The notes beneath the pieces were generated by a model. That model made no database searches. It was not told where the DNA came from and was given only the letters and a program-made list of their open reading frames with translations. A DNA stretch of 64,000 bases from Azolla caroliniana (lineage: Eukaryota > Plantae > Polypodiophyta): contig JBHGNT010000021.1 of the NCBI GenBank assembly GCA_043228905.1, positions 10,602,001 to 10,666,000 on the forward strand. Direction: 5' to 3'. Each line of letters opens with the position of its first letter. Within the stretch, counting starts at the first letter, position 1. Made by a program: the position numbers and the translations under genes. Of this stretch, positions 51,301 through 64,000 are shown piece after piece.

Positions 51301-52739
51301 TCTCTTCTCATGTGTCGGCAGTCCTTCTGGAAGTGTCTAGGTTTTCCACAATAAAAGCACACTGGCTTACCTCTAGACTTCGATCTAGCGTGGGATTTGT
51401 CCGTTCGTTGCGAACTTCTTCTTCGTCGTTCTTACCTCTATCCATATGTTGAGTCAGATTCGACTTTGTTTGGGACAGGACTCCTTTGTCTTTCCTCCTT
51501 GCCTCCTCATTTAGGATGCTTGTCTTCACCGTCTGTAAAGACAAGTTCTCTTCTTGACAGGAGGTGTTAAGAGTAACCACCAGGTTCTCCCAGTTGTCCG
51601 GCAATGTACACATTAGCAGGATGGCCTGCATTGCGTCATCAAAGGGAAACTTGGTCGTAGAAAGTTGATTTACATACCCCATGAATGTGTTGATGTGTTC
51701 AATGATGTTCTCACCATCTCAGTATTTCAGCCATACGAATTTTCTCATCAACGAGGTTTTATTGAGCACATTCTTCCTCTCATACAGACTCGACAGCTTT
51801 TGCCACATCTCGTGAGCATTTTTGTCGTTCGCCACATGTTGAAGGACACTTACATCAACGCATTGTCGGATAGTGGCAATCGCCTTTCTATTCAGAAGCT
51901 TCCAGTCCGACTCCAATACCCCCTTAGGTATTTCTTCGTTCGCCACATGCTGAAGGACACTTACATCGACACATTGTCGGATAGTGGCAACCGCCTTTCT
52001 ATTCAGAAGCTTCTAGTCCGACTCCAATACCCCCTTAGGTATTTCTGTTCTATCGACTGGCTCGTACAGGTCTTTGACTATGAGAAGGTCTTCCATCTTG
52101 ATCTTCCAATCAACATAGTTCTGTGAGTTGAGAACTATCATACCTGGGAAACCACTCACACCTCCTTCCACGCTTGCACTTCACGCTCTGATACCAGTTT
52201 GTCGAGAAATCGTTGCGGAATTTAAATCACAATGAATAGATAATGTTGAAATACGAATCACAGAAAGAAAAGATAGATAGCTATGCACAGAGATTTACGT
52301 GGACACCCTAAAACAAGGAAAACCACGAGAATAGACCTTCAATATAGACAATGGATATACAATATAGAGAACATTACAACACTCTTGCGAGTGGGTCAAC
52401 CGCACAGGGCTCTTCGCGTCTGTTGTTGCTCACACAACTATGGCACGGCTCATGCTTCTCTCTCTCTCACTCTCCGCACACACTTACACAATTCACTCAC
52501 GTTCACCTTCTTTTGTTCTCATCTAACATCTTAAAGTTTTCCCTAGTTGCATATATACTTACACAACTTTCTGGCTATTTACAAACCTAGCCCTCATGGG
52601 GCACACATTTAGACTATTTACAAGTATAGTCTCTCGAGTTGGCTATATACACAATTCCGGTTCACTGTTTTCGACTCTTCGACTGTCGGCTTTCTGAACA
52701 GTCGGCTCTTCCTTCCATTGGAGGGACATATTCCCAACA
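48365..52739 (-). mobile_element. Ty1/Copia element J, internally deleted, left LTR truncated
   Basis: LTRs 48365-48897 (partial) and 52200-52739. PBS reverse complement at 52185-52196, PPT next to 48898. Gag with a ~100-bp tandem duplication (~51820-52045) is joined to the integrase 3' part at ~51170. RT LYGLKQAPRQW and RH present. Confidence 0.9.
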
Positions 52740-54570
52740 TATGGGACGTGGTGAACAAGAAGGTGTTTTGGAGTCGGGATATAGTCTTCATGGAAGATAG
52801 GACCATTGTCAACTGAGAGTCGGAGAAGAAGGTGAAGAACTCCAGATCATCAAATGAAGACCGCTTTGACGACAAAAGACCTACCCAGTTGAAAACCGAA
52901 AGATAGCCGGTAATAGATTGGCCCTCGATGAACCGGCCAAATTCGGACAAGAAACCGAGCCGACCGAAGAAGAAGAAGAGGAAGAAGACACCAGAACCAG
53001 ACAAGATCTTGAATCGGATTCAGATTCAGAATAGATGGAGGAACTGATTACCGAAGACCAAAGACGGAGATACCCTGTGAGGGAGAGAAGAGCCCCCCAG
53101 AGATTTCCGGATGCAGAGCACGTATTGCTGACCAATGAGGGGGAGCCGGAAAGCTTCAAAGAAGCAAAGAAAGATAACCATAACCGCAAGTGGTTGAGTG
53201 CCATGCAGGATGAGATGGATTCCCTGCATGAGAACCACACATACGAACTAGTGGAGTTGCCGAAAGGAAGGAGGGCACTCCGGAACAAGTGGGTGTACAA
53301 GCTAAAACTGGGAGACGCCGGAAATCCATCATGGTACAAGGCCCGGATCGTAGTGAAGGGTTTCCAGCTGAGAAAGGAGTGGAATTCGATGAGATCTTTG
53401 CTCCGGTAGTAAGGTTGACATCCATTCGGACGGGATTGGGCATAGCGGCAAGCATGGACCTCGAGGTAGAGCAACTAGACATAAAGACGACGTTCCTCCA
53501 TGGTGACCTTGAAGAGGAGATCTACATGCATCAACCAGAAGGATATGACATGAAAGGGAAGGAGCCCCTGGTGTGCCAGGTGAAGCAGAGCTTATACGGA
53601 TTGAAGCAAGCTCCCTGGCAATGGTACCGGAAGTTTGACTCCTTCATGATGGATCAAGGGTACCACAAGATGCAAGCCGTTCACTGCGTGTTTGTGAAGA
53701 AATTTGACGGAGGAGATTTCCTGATATTGCTCCTGTACATGGACGACATGTTGATTGTTGGACGAGACCAAGTGAAGATACGAATGTTGAAGAAGGCCCT
53801 AAACCGGACCTTCTCAATGAAAGACTTGGGTTCCGCAAGACAGATTTTGGGGATGCACATAATGCGGAATTGGTCGGAGAAGCTGTTGTGGTTGTCACAG
53901 GAGAAGTATGTGACAAAGGTGCTTCAACAATTCAACATGTCGGAGGCAAAACCAGTCGGATCTACACTTTCGGCAAATTGCAAGCTATCCAAAAAACAAA
54001 ACCCGAAGACGAAGGAAGAGAAGACGGATATGATGAAGGTACCATATCCGTGCACCCGGTCGGATATCAGATATGCAATCGGAGTAGTCAGCCGGTTCAT
54101 GACCAATCCGGGAAGAGAGAACTGGAACGTGGTCAAGTGGATACTCCGGTATCTAAAAGGCACCTCGAGTATGTGCCTCTGGTTTGGCTCCGGTAAACCC
54201 CAACTTGACGGATTCACAGATTCGGATATGTCAGTTGATGCGGATACCAACCGGTCTACATCCGAATATGTGATGACTTATGCAAGGGGAGTTGTATCAT
54301 GGCAATTGAGGCTGCAGAAGTCTGTTGCATTGTCGACAACGGAAGCGGAGTACATGGCAGCTATGGAAGCCGGCAAGGAGATAATTTGGATGAAGGACTT
54401 CATCGGAGAGCTAGGGATTCGACAAGAGGAATACCAGCTCTACTACGACAGTCAAAGTGCGATCCACCTTGCGAACAATGCGGCCTACCATTCCCGAACC
54501 AAGCACATCCAGAGGAGATATCATTGGCTCCGGGAGAAGGTAGAAGATCAAGAGTTCATGTTGAAGAAGA

Positions 54571-54986
54571 TGTTAGGAAACAGGTCCCTCCGGATGGGAA
54601 GTGAGAAGAACAGTGCTGATGAGAAACCGGATGACAAGTACCCGGCAAGAGCCGAATGGTGAAGACCCGATGAGAACCAGATGTGGAGTACCCGGCAAGA
54701 GCCGGATGGTGAAGACCCGGTGAGAACCGGATGTGGAGTACCCGACAACGGAAGACTCGGTGGGAACCGGATGACGTCTGCCCGGCAAGCGCCGGATGAT
54801 GCAGGCCCGGTGAGGAGTGATCACCGGATGAAGGGACATATTCGTAAATATGTTTTTCTGAGAGTCCATCGGGGCTATATTTGTAAATAGCCGAAAAGTC
54901 ATATTAGTATAAATATGACTTAGGGCAAACTTAGTGTAGGGTTGTTGTCATTCTTGTTGTCGCAAGATTAGAGCGCAACAGTGTAC

Positions 54987-55019
<33 letters not shown>

Positions 55020-55113
55020 CGAAGAGGTCGTTGCCTCTGTTGTAACTGCCGCCTGTGGCGAAGACAGTGAACAAGAGGTGGTTGCCTCTGACAGGAGCAC
55101 GTAGTTCCTGTCA
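54571..55113 (+). mobile_element. Solo/truncated Copia LTR L inside the RNase H of element I
   Basis: Starts TGTTAGGAAACAGGTCCC, shares the tataaatatgacttagggcaa core with the C and I LTRs, ends TCA, and is flanked by GAAGA on both sides. Confidence 0.75.
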
Positions 55114-57489
55114 GAAGATCCACACGCAGTAGAGCTAGGGATTCGACAAGAGGAATACCAGCTCTACTGCGATAGTCAAAGTGCCATCCACCTTGCGAAG
55201 AATGCGACCTACCATTCCCGGACCAAGCACATCCAGAGGAGATATCATTGGCTCTGAGAGAAGGTAGAAGATCAAGAGTTCATGCTGAAGAAGATCCACA
55301 CGAAGAAGAATGGATCGGACATGCTGACCAAGCTGCTTTCAACCGACAAGTTGGACACCTGCCAAAGACAGATCAGATTAATAAGAAATCTCATACCGGA
55401 GTGAAGGGGGAGTTTGTTGGGAATTTGGTCCCTCTAGATGAGATCCGGATGAGAACCAGAGGAGCCGGATCGGAAGACCCGAATGAAGAAACCGGATCCA
55501 GAAGGGTTCCGCATGAGACCCGGAAACCAGATCGAGTGAATCTGGATGGATCCGGTGCAAACCGGATCCAAGGACATATTTGTAAATATGTTAGAGTAAG
55601 CCCATTGAGGCTATATTTGTAAATAGGCCTAAAGTCATATGAGTATAAATATGACTTAGGGCAACCATATAGAGATGTGACGAGATTTGTTGTAGAGAGA
55701 GAGAGTGAGAGAGTAGCTACAAGCACTTTCTATTGTAACCGCCGTCTGGCGAAGATCGCGAGCAGGAGGTCATTGCCTCTGTGTTTCCACTTTGTATTTC
55801 CTCTCATGTAGTGATAGTTCGGAGTCCGTGGGCTCTAATGGTTTCTCCTGATTAGGGTTTTCCACGCAAACATCCTGTGGCCGAGCAATACTTCCGCGCT
55901 ATTTAGTTCACATTCCGGACAGTTGGAAACGTTGGTTGTCACATTGGGCAACATGGGACCGGAAGGGAAACACCTATCCTTGTATGAAGAAGCTCTCTGG
56001 AAGGACCGAGAGTCCAATTCCGACCAAAAGGCCTTAGTCACGAAAGGTGACACAATTCAGGGAAGAGGCAGAAATCAAAGTCTCCATAACCGAGATAAAT
56101 CAGGGACCACGTCGAAGTCGAGAGGAACATGTGCTTCTATTGTGGGAAGCCGGGGCACTTCCAGAAGAACTGTCAACATTTCTAAAAGTAAAAAGGGGGA
56201 GCCGAAGGTGTGCAGCCGAAAAAGATTTCGAAAAGCAAGAACACCTTAACAATCGTGATAAGTGAGGAGGAGTTGTTGCTCATTAGTGAGAAAAATGAAA
56301 CAAACCTTGTCAGTGATGAATCAGCATGGGTGGTCGATTTGGGTGTGTCGTTTCACCTAACTCCCGACTGGAAATGCTTCTCATCTTACAGAGTCGAATA
56401 TCTCGGATCTAAAAAGATGGGAAATGAAGGAGCATGCCGAATTGTCAGCATTGGAAACATGTGCTTGGTGACATCAACTGGTTGTAGAATTGTGTTGAGA
56501 GATGTTCGACACGTTCCGGAGATTCGATTGAACCTGATATCAGCTGGTCGGCTAGATGATGATGGCTACATGGGTAGCATCTAGAACGGTGTCATGAACT
56601 TCTGCAAGGGGAGCCTGATCGTGGTTCGGGCACGGAAAACCAACACACTCTATGTGATGCATGCTCAATTATGCCAGGGGGAAGCAAATGTGGCAGCCAA
56701 CACTATCGGAGAACTGAGGCAAAGGAGGTTGTGCCATATGAGCTAGAAGGGGATGCAGAAGCTAGCCAAGGACAACTTCATTCCGGAGGAGAAAGACGTG
56801 CATCATGAGAAGTGCACCAATTGCTTGTCCGGCAAGCAAAACCAAACCTTTTTCCGGACAAGACCACCGTTGAGATGGAATGCATCGCTAGAACTTGTGC
56901 ATACTGATGTATGCCAAGTCTACACCAAGTCTCATGCCAGATCGCAATACTTCGTGACGTTCATAGACGACCACAGTCGGAAATTGTGAGTGTCACCGTT
57001 GAAGACAAAGGATCAATTATTGTCCGTCTTCAAGGACTTCCACGCTAGAGTGGAAAGGGAAACCAGACGGAAAATGAAGGCGGTTGGAGCGGACAATGGA
57101 GGAGAATATTGTTAACCCTTCGGGCCGGACAATGGCCTAACACAGGGTGTCTACGTGAGACACTTCACCAAAGGGTGTTACGGCAACCGGATTAGACTTC
57201 AACGCTTAATCCGACTTAGTTAAGTTACTTATTAGGATCGTCTTCATAACACGCGTAAGATATAACAATTAAGACAGAACGGCAATTGACACAAAGATAT
57301 AACAACGCTTAAGCTTCCATTAATTAACCGCTAACTATTACATTGTATCCGGGCCTTTAAATAGGTTTCCGGTCTGTATTACAAAACGGTGCCATCCGCA
57401 CCTGTTCGGGATCGGTCCGGATTCGGAACGGCATACCGATTCCGGTCCATCCGTCTACACTCATAGCTTAATTACAACCACATTCCTAC

Positions 57490-58859
57490 TACTTAATTAG
57501 CTCTCCGTTTCCCACTCTGGACTCCTTTGCCGGCCGGTAACACATGGCACGCCCGTGGGACAGTACCTTGTACGTCGAATCCACAACCGACCCTTGCTAT
57601 TCTTCGTCCAAAATGTCCAAAATGCTCTGTTCGAGAGGCTCCAATGGTTCATCTGGAAGTGGTTGCTGTTGTTGCTGTTGTTGCTGCTCTGTTGCTGTCT
57701 GCTGCGGCGGGTCCGTTGGTGGTTGCTGCGGCTGCTCCTCCTTCTGAGGGTCCGAACGTTTCCCGGTTGTCTCAACGGTCCTTGCCGACGACTGTCGCTA
57801 GAAGTGCTCCGTAGGCTCCTCCTCTATTTCCTCCTCCTGAGCTCCGGCATTGAGTTTTGCCGCCAAGGGGTCCACCTCTCGATTCACCGGTCGGCGGAGT
57901 GTGACTTTTACGGGCCGTGCCGTTGGTTCCTCCTGCGCCTCCGTTGGGCGCTTCCGGCTGCCACTTCCTGCTGCCGCCTGGTCTGCATCCGCCACCTTTC
58001 TCTTACTGGCCTTAGAGGCCAACAACTGTTGCCGTTTGGAAGCCGTCCTTGGGGTGCCGTCCGGCACTCTTCCTCGCTTCTTGGGCTGGACGGTCTGAAC
58101 GGGTGGCACCAGCAAGGTGAGCCACTGCGTTACGGCATGCCATATCCTTCGTCCGTCTCGGCCTTCTTTGCCGTCTTTGCCTCTGACGATCTCGATCGCC
58201 GCACACAACCCGTCTGCGATCAATACCGGCCAATCCACCTTGATCCCTTCATAGGTGGCGATGATCATCCCTGCCCGGTTCTGCGGCATGACAGGGGATC
58301 TAGGGTATACGTGGCCGTATTCATGGAGCACACGAGCAATTTCGCGGAACAGCATATCTCCGCCGCCCTGTGTCTGATAGCCCTTGCTGGCTAGAGAGTA
58401 CTCACCAAAATACCTGATGAGTTGCTCCGGGGTTGGATTGTCGATCGTGAGTATGCCTCCCTCCGGAAGGCCTGTTAACGCTCGAATCGCCTCTGCCGTT
58501 ATGACCTCTGTATCGATTTCCTTGATCACTTTGTCGGCTTCTTTGTGTGGCGGTACTTCCATCATCATCAGGAAGCCCTCGAGCCCGTGTTGCTTCAGCC
58601 ATGTCTTGGCGGCTTCCGACAGCGTTTGCGGGTCCATTTTTGTGTCGGGGTCGGACTGCGGTGGCGAGGATGGATGGTGATGAGAACGGGGTTGAGAAAG
58701 AGAGGGTTCAGAAGGTGGGGGTTCTCTGTGCGCAGGTTCTCTTCTGATAATCTTGCAGCGTTTCGGTGCTTCTGTGCTCCTTGGTTCGCGAAAATAGAGG
58801 GTCTCTACACGCAATGGTTTTTGTCTGTGCATTCTGGCGCCTTTTTCGAGTTTGTGCAT
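57490..58859 (-). CDS. Extra 3' ORF of Gypsy K (plant-mobile-domain/transposon-protein-like core, Gln/Pro-rich tail)
   Basis: A 353-aa ORF (57798-58859) lies between integrase and the 3' LTR in sense orientation. The frame continues through TAG codons to ~57490. Motifs ITAEAIRALTGLPEGG and KVDWPVLIADGL. Confidence 0.7.
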
Positions 58860-59009
58860 GTCGCGTACTTAAAATAGCATTATGTCCTATGGTGGCGCTT
58901 TAAATGCCCACTACGCACCTTTTCGCTCCACACTCTTTCATCCATTCATTCCTCGCTTTTGCATGATTGTTTTTTTTTTTTTTCTGTTATTATTATTATT
59001 ACTGTGACG

Positions 59010-62000
59010 TCACATGTCCGTTGGTCCTCCCGGACCCTTACCGGCCACATTCTCTCCGGTTACCGGCCTGCCGTCACTGCCATCTTCGTGGTTGCCGCCG
59101 GTCCTTTGCTCAAACGGGTTCTTAGGCATCAGTCCTCTATATGCCTTTAACAGGAATCCATTCACCCATTTGCCCAGCACTTCGCCGGCAAGTGTCCCCA
59201 ACTGGTAGGACCCATTATACTCCCGTGTTAGCCAATATGGTCCGCTCCATCTAAACCTTAGTTTACCCGGCATCTTGCCCATCCGGGTTTGGAATACTAG
59301 CACTGGTTTGCCAATTGCGAACATTTTTTCGTTACCTTTCCTGTGTCGGTCGACGAATGCTTTCCGTTGCCGTTGCTCTAATTCTAAATGTAGGATGCTG
59401 GCCAACCGTTGTTCCTCCAGCTCACACAGCGCTATCAACCTTATTGTCTCCGACTCCTTCTCGTTCAGCCGTTCTCGTAGCTGAATCCGTAAGCTAGGTA
59501 CTTGAAATTCTACCGGCATGACCGCCTCGAGTCCGAACGCCAACCGGAACGGTGTTGTTCGGATGCTTGTTTTGTATGCCGTCCGGTATGCCCAAAGCGC
59601 GCTATGTAGCTTTGTGTCCCAATCCGTCCGGTTCTCGTTGACGATCTTCCGAAGGATGTTCTGGAGCGTCTTGTTTGTTGATTCCGCTAATCCGTTCGCC
59701 TGTGGATAGTACGGTGTGCTTCGTTTGTGGACCACGGCATAGAAGGTCGTTAGGCTTTCCACCACTTGTCCGAGAAAGTGCCCCCCTTGGTCACTTATCA
59801 ATTCAATGGGGCATCCGTAACAGCACCAGATATACTCATATAGAAACTTTGCCGTTGACGCAGCAGTGTTATCCCGTAAAGCTTTGGCCTTTACCCATTT
59901 CGTGCAGTAATCCGTAGCAACGATAACGTACCGATTACCCGTTCTCATTGCCGGTGGCTTGAACGGTCCTACAAAGTCCAGCCCCCACTTTTGGAATGGC
60001 TCGAGTGGTAGTACCGGCTGGTGTGGCATACGAGCCTGCTCCGTTGGCTGGCCCATTCTCTGGCATAGGTCACATTCTTTTGCGTACCGTACCGCATCTC
60101 TTAATGTCGTTGGCCACCATAGGCCACTTTGCCATATTTTTCTAGCTATCGCATCTCCGGCATAGTGACCTCCGGCAACTCCGCAGTGGGCTTCCCTCAG
60201 TATCAGTTCCTTTTCATCGCTGCGCACCGCCCGTCTCCATATGCCGTCAGCTCCCTTGTGATACAGTGTGTCTTGCAGTAAGCAGAAATGTCGGCTTTGT
60301 ACCGCCAGGCGTTTCCATTCGTCCCGGTTCAACTCTTCTGGAGGCAGTCCTGTGCTCAGAAACTGGTGCATATTTGTGAGCCACTTGTCTTCCTGGGCCA
60401 CCATCTCATCTGCTGCCGTCTCCGTAGTGACTCGAAACAGCTCTGCATCCAAAAACTCATCCGGTACTCCGTCACCCGTCTCTCCGGACTCCAATCGGCT
60501 TAGGTAATCCGCTACGGCATGCTGTATACCGGGTCGGTGGAATATTTCAAACTCGAACTCCTGTAACAGTAAGGTCCACCGGGCCAATTTGCTGGTGAGT
60601 GAGTGCTGAATGATCTACATGGAAGGAAAACTTCCTTCCCAATAAATAGTGCCGAAACTTTGTCACACTGTAGATCATTCCTAGAGCTTCCCGTTCCGTG
60701 GTAGAGTAGTTCCGTTTTTCTTGGGATAGCTTCCGGCTGGCATAGTACACTGGCCGGTACCATTTTGGCTCCGTAAGCTGCATAAGTACGCTTCCGATTG
60801 CGATGTCGGAGGCGTCCACGAACACGTGAAATTCTTTACTCCAATCCGGAGGCTGTACTACCGATACCTGCGACAATAGTACCTTGAGGGCCTTATACGC
60901 CCTATCCTCAGTATCAGTCCACTGGAATGGTGTCCGATGTACGGCGGCATGCAATGGTGTAGCCAAGTCGGCCAAGTATCGGAGCATCCGGCTGTGCCAC
61001 CGGATCTGGCCTAAGAACCGGCTCAATGCCTTTGCCGTTGCCGGCATCGGTGCTTCTAATATGGCTTTCACTTTGTCCGGGTCGACTGCTATACCTATGT
61101 CCTAATAAAGTTCCACTGGACACGCCAAACACACACTTTGCCGGATTCAAGCTTAGCCGGTACGCTCTACACTTTTCTAGACAAAGACGGAGGTGCTGAA
61201 AATGGTCCTCCTCCCGGCTATAGACGACGAAATCGTCAAGGAAAACCTGCATAAAAGCCGGTATATATTCACCAAAGATTTCCATGATGATTCTTTGAAA
61301 CGTTGTCGGTGCCGTTTTGAGTCCGAACATCATTACCACGGCCACAAATACCCCCCATTCGGTGACGAATGCCGTTTTCTCCTGGTTGTCGGGGTGCATC
61401 CGGATCTGATTATACCCGCTGAATCCGTCTAGGAAGCTATAGACCTCATGGCCGGCGACGGCATCCAACACTCCATCTGTGAACGGAAGTGGAAATGCAT
61501 CCGTTACCGTAGCTGCATTGAGTTTCCGGTAGTCCACGCAAACTCGAATTTTTCCGTTCTTCTTCGGTACGACTACGATCAGGCTCAGCCATGTCGCTTT
61601 CTTTACCGGACGGATAAAGCCAACTCTTAGCAGTTTGTCGATTTCTTCCTTGACCTTGGCAGCATAATTGGGATTCATTCGGTACCGTCTTTGTGCCACT
61701 GGTTTTGCATCCTTGCTCAAATGCACTTGATGCTGGTATAACTGAGGGTCGAGTCCTCGCATGTCTTCGTATGACCAGGCGAATACGTTGCGAAATTCGG
61801 TGAGAAGTGTTATCATCGCCGTTTTGTCTCCGGACTTCATCTCCTTGGCAATGTGCACCGGTTTTGCTTCGTCCGTGGTGCCTAAATTCACCTCTTCCAG
61901 TTGCGATGCTTTTACGCGCTGTGAAACGGCCATTTCCCGTTCCAACGCTTCCTGCGCTTGCCGTAACTCCCGGATTGCGTCTTTATCCGGTTCTGCTTCC

Positions 62001-62893
62001 GCCTCTTCCGGTTGCGGTAAATACGGTGCTACGGCTTCGGCAATGTCAATTTCGAAGAGGGGTATGATCTTCGGGTTTTCCTTCAGGTATTGAGCTTCTT
62101 CTTCGTCCGCTAACCCTTCAAGCATGTTGACGCATTCCACATACAACGGTGTACATTCCTTGCCAGTGCTCGTCCTTGGCTGTGTTGGTACCCGTACCTT
62201 GGCTTTTCCTCGCCGGAAGGTAATTATATTTTTCTGCCAATTCTGTTTGATATGTGCCATTTTCAACCATGGCCGCCCCAACAATAGTGGGTATGCGCCT
62301 TGTGCCTGTAATTGTAGCACTACGGCCGAGATGTGAAATGTATGCCCGCCGACAGTGACTTCTAATTTCCGTATTAATCCTGTCGGCCGCACTGAGCTTG
62401 TATCGGCCATCCGCAACCAGAACGGACACGGCTCCCACTCGTGGATTCCTAGGTCCTCACACGTCCGGAGGCTTATTACATTTACCCCAGAGCCTCCGTC
62501 TATAACTGTGCCGGGGAGTTCTTTCCCATTTACAATGGCAGTGATTACCGGACTGCTGGTGTCTACCACTGTTGGTCCCTCCTCCGGATTCGAGAAGAGT
62601 ACCGGTGCCGGTGATGGTTCTCCTGCCTTCATGGCTGTTTTCAGTCCTTCCGTGAATCTAGGCACGAGTTGTAGGAGTCTTCCTAGTGGTAACGTAATCT
62701 GGCATTCTTGCAATGCCTGCCATGTCTCGTTCTCGGAGTGACTACCGCTAGCAAGCCCTGCGGTGTTCTCCTTTTGCTGCTGTAAGTCTGTGAAATTCTG
62801 CTCGTTCGCTTTCTTTACCCATTCCGTTGCTTGTTTGCGGATGGTCTCCTGTGTCTCCCATTCTTTGGCCATGCCCTTCGATCTTGTGGTCAC
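59010..62893 (-). pseudogene. Gypsy K pol (PR-RT-RH-INT) with two small frameshifting deletions
   Basis: ORFs 60914-62893, 60547-61071 and 59010-60587 join into one pol reading. Confidence 0.92.
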
Positions 62894-63299
62894 CTACTGC
62901 AGGTCTGCCACCTCAGGGACTACCATATTTACCGCCGGTCGTTTTTCATAGCTCTTCACCGGGCATTGGTTACTATAATGGACTTCCTGTCTACAGTAGT
63001 AGCAGTAGGCTTTCCGGGCATTGCTAGATTCGGCATTGTCTGTTGTACCCGGGGCAGGTCCTACGGTACGCGCGGGGTTTTGTACCGGTTGGCTACTTGG
63101 AGCGCCTTGTTCCGGATCCCGGGGGTAGCCGCCTTTTCTAAAATGCCGTTTTTTGTTAAAGCTCTTCTTATTACGGTACTCTTGACGGGGTTGCCCGTTA
63201 TATCGGCCGTATTCCTCCCGTTGCTGATGATACCCGGGGGAGTGTTCCCGGTCGTACTGTTCGTATCGTCTATTGTAATCCTGGTGCCGATCATGCCGG

Positions 63300-63425
63300 T
63301 CATAGTTATCTCGCCGATCACCGTACCGGACATCATTTTCCCGTCGCTCGCCGTACCGGACATTATTTTCCCGTCGCTCACCATATCAGACATCATTTTC
63401 CCGTCGCTCGCCATACCGGACATCC
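63300..63425 (-). repeat. 30-bp coding tandem repeat (VRYGERREND)x~4 in K gag
   Basis: gacatcattttcccgtcgctcgccgtaccg repeated. Confidence 0.9.
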
Positions 63426-64000
63426 TGTGCTGGTCGGTCACGGTCCATTCGCCGCCAGCGTTCGTCTTCTTCATCCCGGTTGCTGCGTGGCTCAATTTGT
63501 CGGACGGGCGGTGCTTGCCGAGTCAACAGATTATACTCGCACCTATCTGTCGTATGGCTCTTGGACTGACAGATTACACATTGCGTCCTCATAGTGCATT
63601 CTAGAGCCGAGTGTCCGGAATTCAAGCAGGTTGTGCACTGTATTGCTTGCCTAAACCGGAGGTCTTCATCGGACGGTAACGCCCGTTGAAGTGCGCCCAG
63701 TGTGAGCCAGGAGCTTGTCTTTTCCATCTCTTTCACCCGGTCAATGACCTGGTCGATGGTACTTGTACGGAAATCGATTACCGTGCAAACCGTGCGTAGG
63801 GGTTCCTGGAGCGCGTTTAGGAATATCGTCCGTAATTCCTCCTCCGGGGGTGGACGGGTAAGCTGACTATGCATCCGTTGAAACCGGATGACAAATTGGG
63901 GAATGCTCTCCCCTGCCTCTTGCTGGATAGTATAAAATAAGCCTACCATTACGGTCTGGTCCACCTCCTTTTGAAAGAAATGCATGAATTTAGCTTTTAA

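Larger units (their letters stand above)
45763..55912 (+). mobile_element. Ty1/Copia element I (related to C), host of J and LTR fragment L
   Basis: LTRs 45763-46340 and 55415-55912 (the 3' LTR has an internal deletion). PBS tggtatcagagc at 46344, PPT before 55415. TSD TTCTA/TTCCG (CpG-decayed). Gag, INT, RT (YMDDML) and RH are recognisable. Confidence 0.92.
34185..57109 (+). mobile_element. Ty1/Copia element H (5' LTR split by LINE G; gag split by I; integrase cut by K)
   Basis: The LTR starts TGTTGGGAAACATGTCCC at 34185 and ends GTGACA at 45301, PBS at 45304. Gag runs 45317-45762 and resumes at 55918 (GSL|PDSWET). Integrase continues to ADNGGEY at 57109. Confidence 0.85.
57110..64000 (-). 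mobile_element. Ty3/Gypsy non-chromovirus (Athila/Tat-like) element K; 5' end beyond the window
   Basis: 3' LTR ~57110-57475. Gag with CTTCLNSGH and CVICQSKSH knuckles, protease VIDGGSGVN, RT (FSGYNQI, FLDD), RH (DASD, NYSTTERE) and integrase (HCGVAGGH, CDLC, ISDQGGHF, GPY) in Gypsy order. Confidence 0.95.

Noticed and set aside
57555-58394. 279-aa + strand ORF with poly-Leu/Cys
   Set aside because: Antisense shadow of the Gln-rich extra ORF of element K.

Overview
Eukaryotic (land-plant, most likely fern) nuclear DNA dominated by nested transposable elements. The first 1.7 kb is a plastid insertion (ndhC 3' end, ndhK, ndhJ) that carries pre-editing codons such as ACG starts and CGG at Trp positions. 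Immediately after it (~1.9-5.0 kb, + strand) is the most unusual feature: a decayed gene with four in-frame GT-AG introns. It encodes a ParB-like N-terminal region fused to a prokaryote-style beta-class amino (N6A/N4C) DNA methyltransferase (IADIPYG ... NPYQKP ... VLDLFFGTGTT ... LEKD). One intact host gene, missed by the ORF track, is a 4-exon GASA/Snakin (154 aa, minus strand, 11054-12072) with a His/Gly-rich linker. The rest is two TE nests. Nest 1 (13.3-26.7 kb) is a Copia containing two further Copia elements and a hAT-type MITE. Nest 2 (31.6-64 kb) is a tRNA-Trp-primed Gypsy containing a Copia, which in turn contains an RTEX-like LINE (itself holding a pol-less Gypsy derivative), further Copia elements and an Athila/Tat-like Gypsy with an extra 3' ORF. 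Element letters A-L are my labels. All calls come from manual reading and translation; no searches were run.
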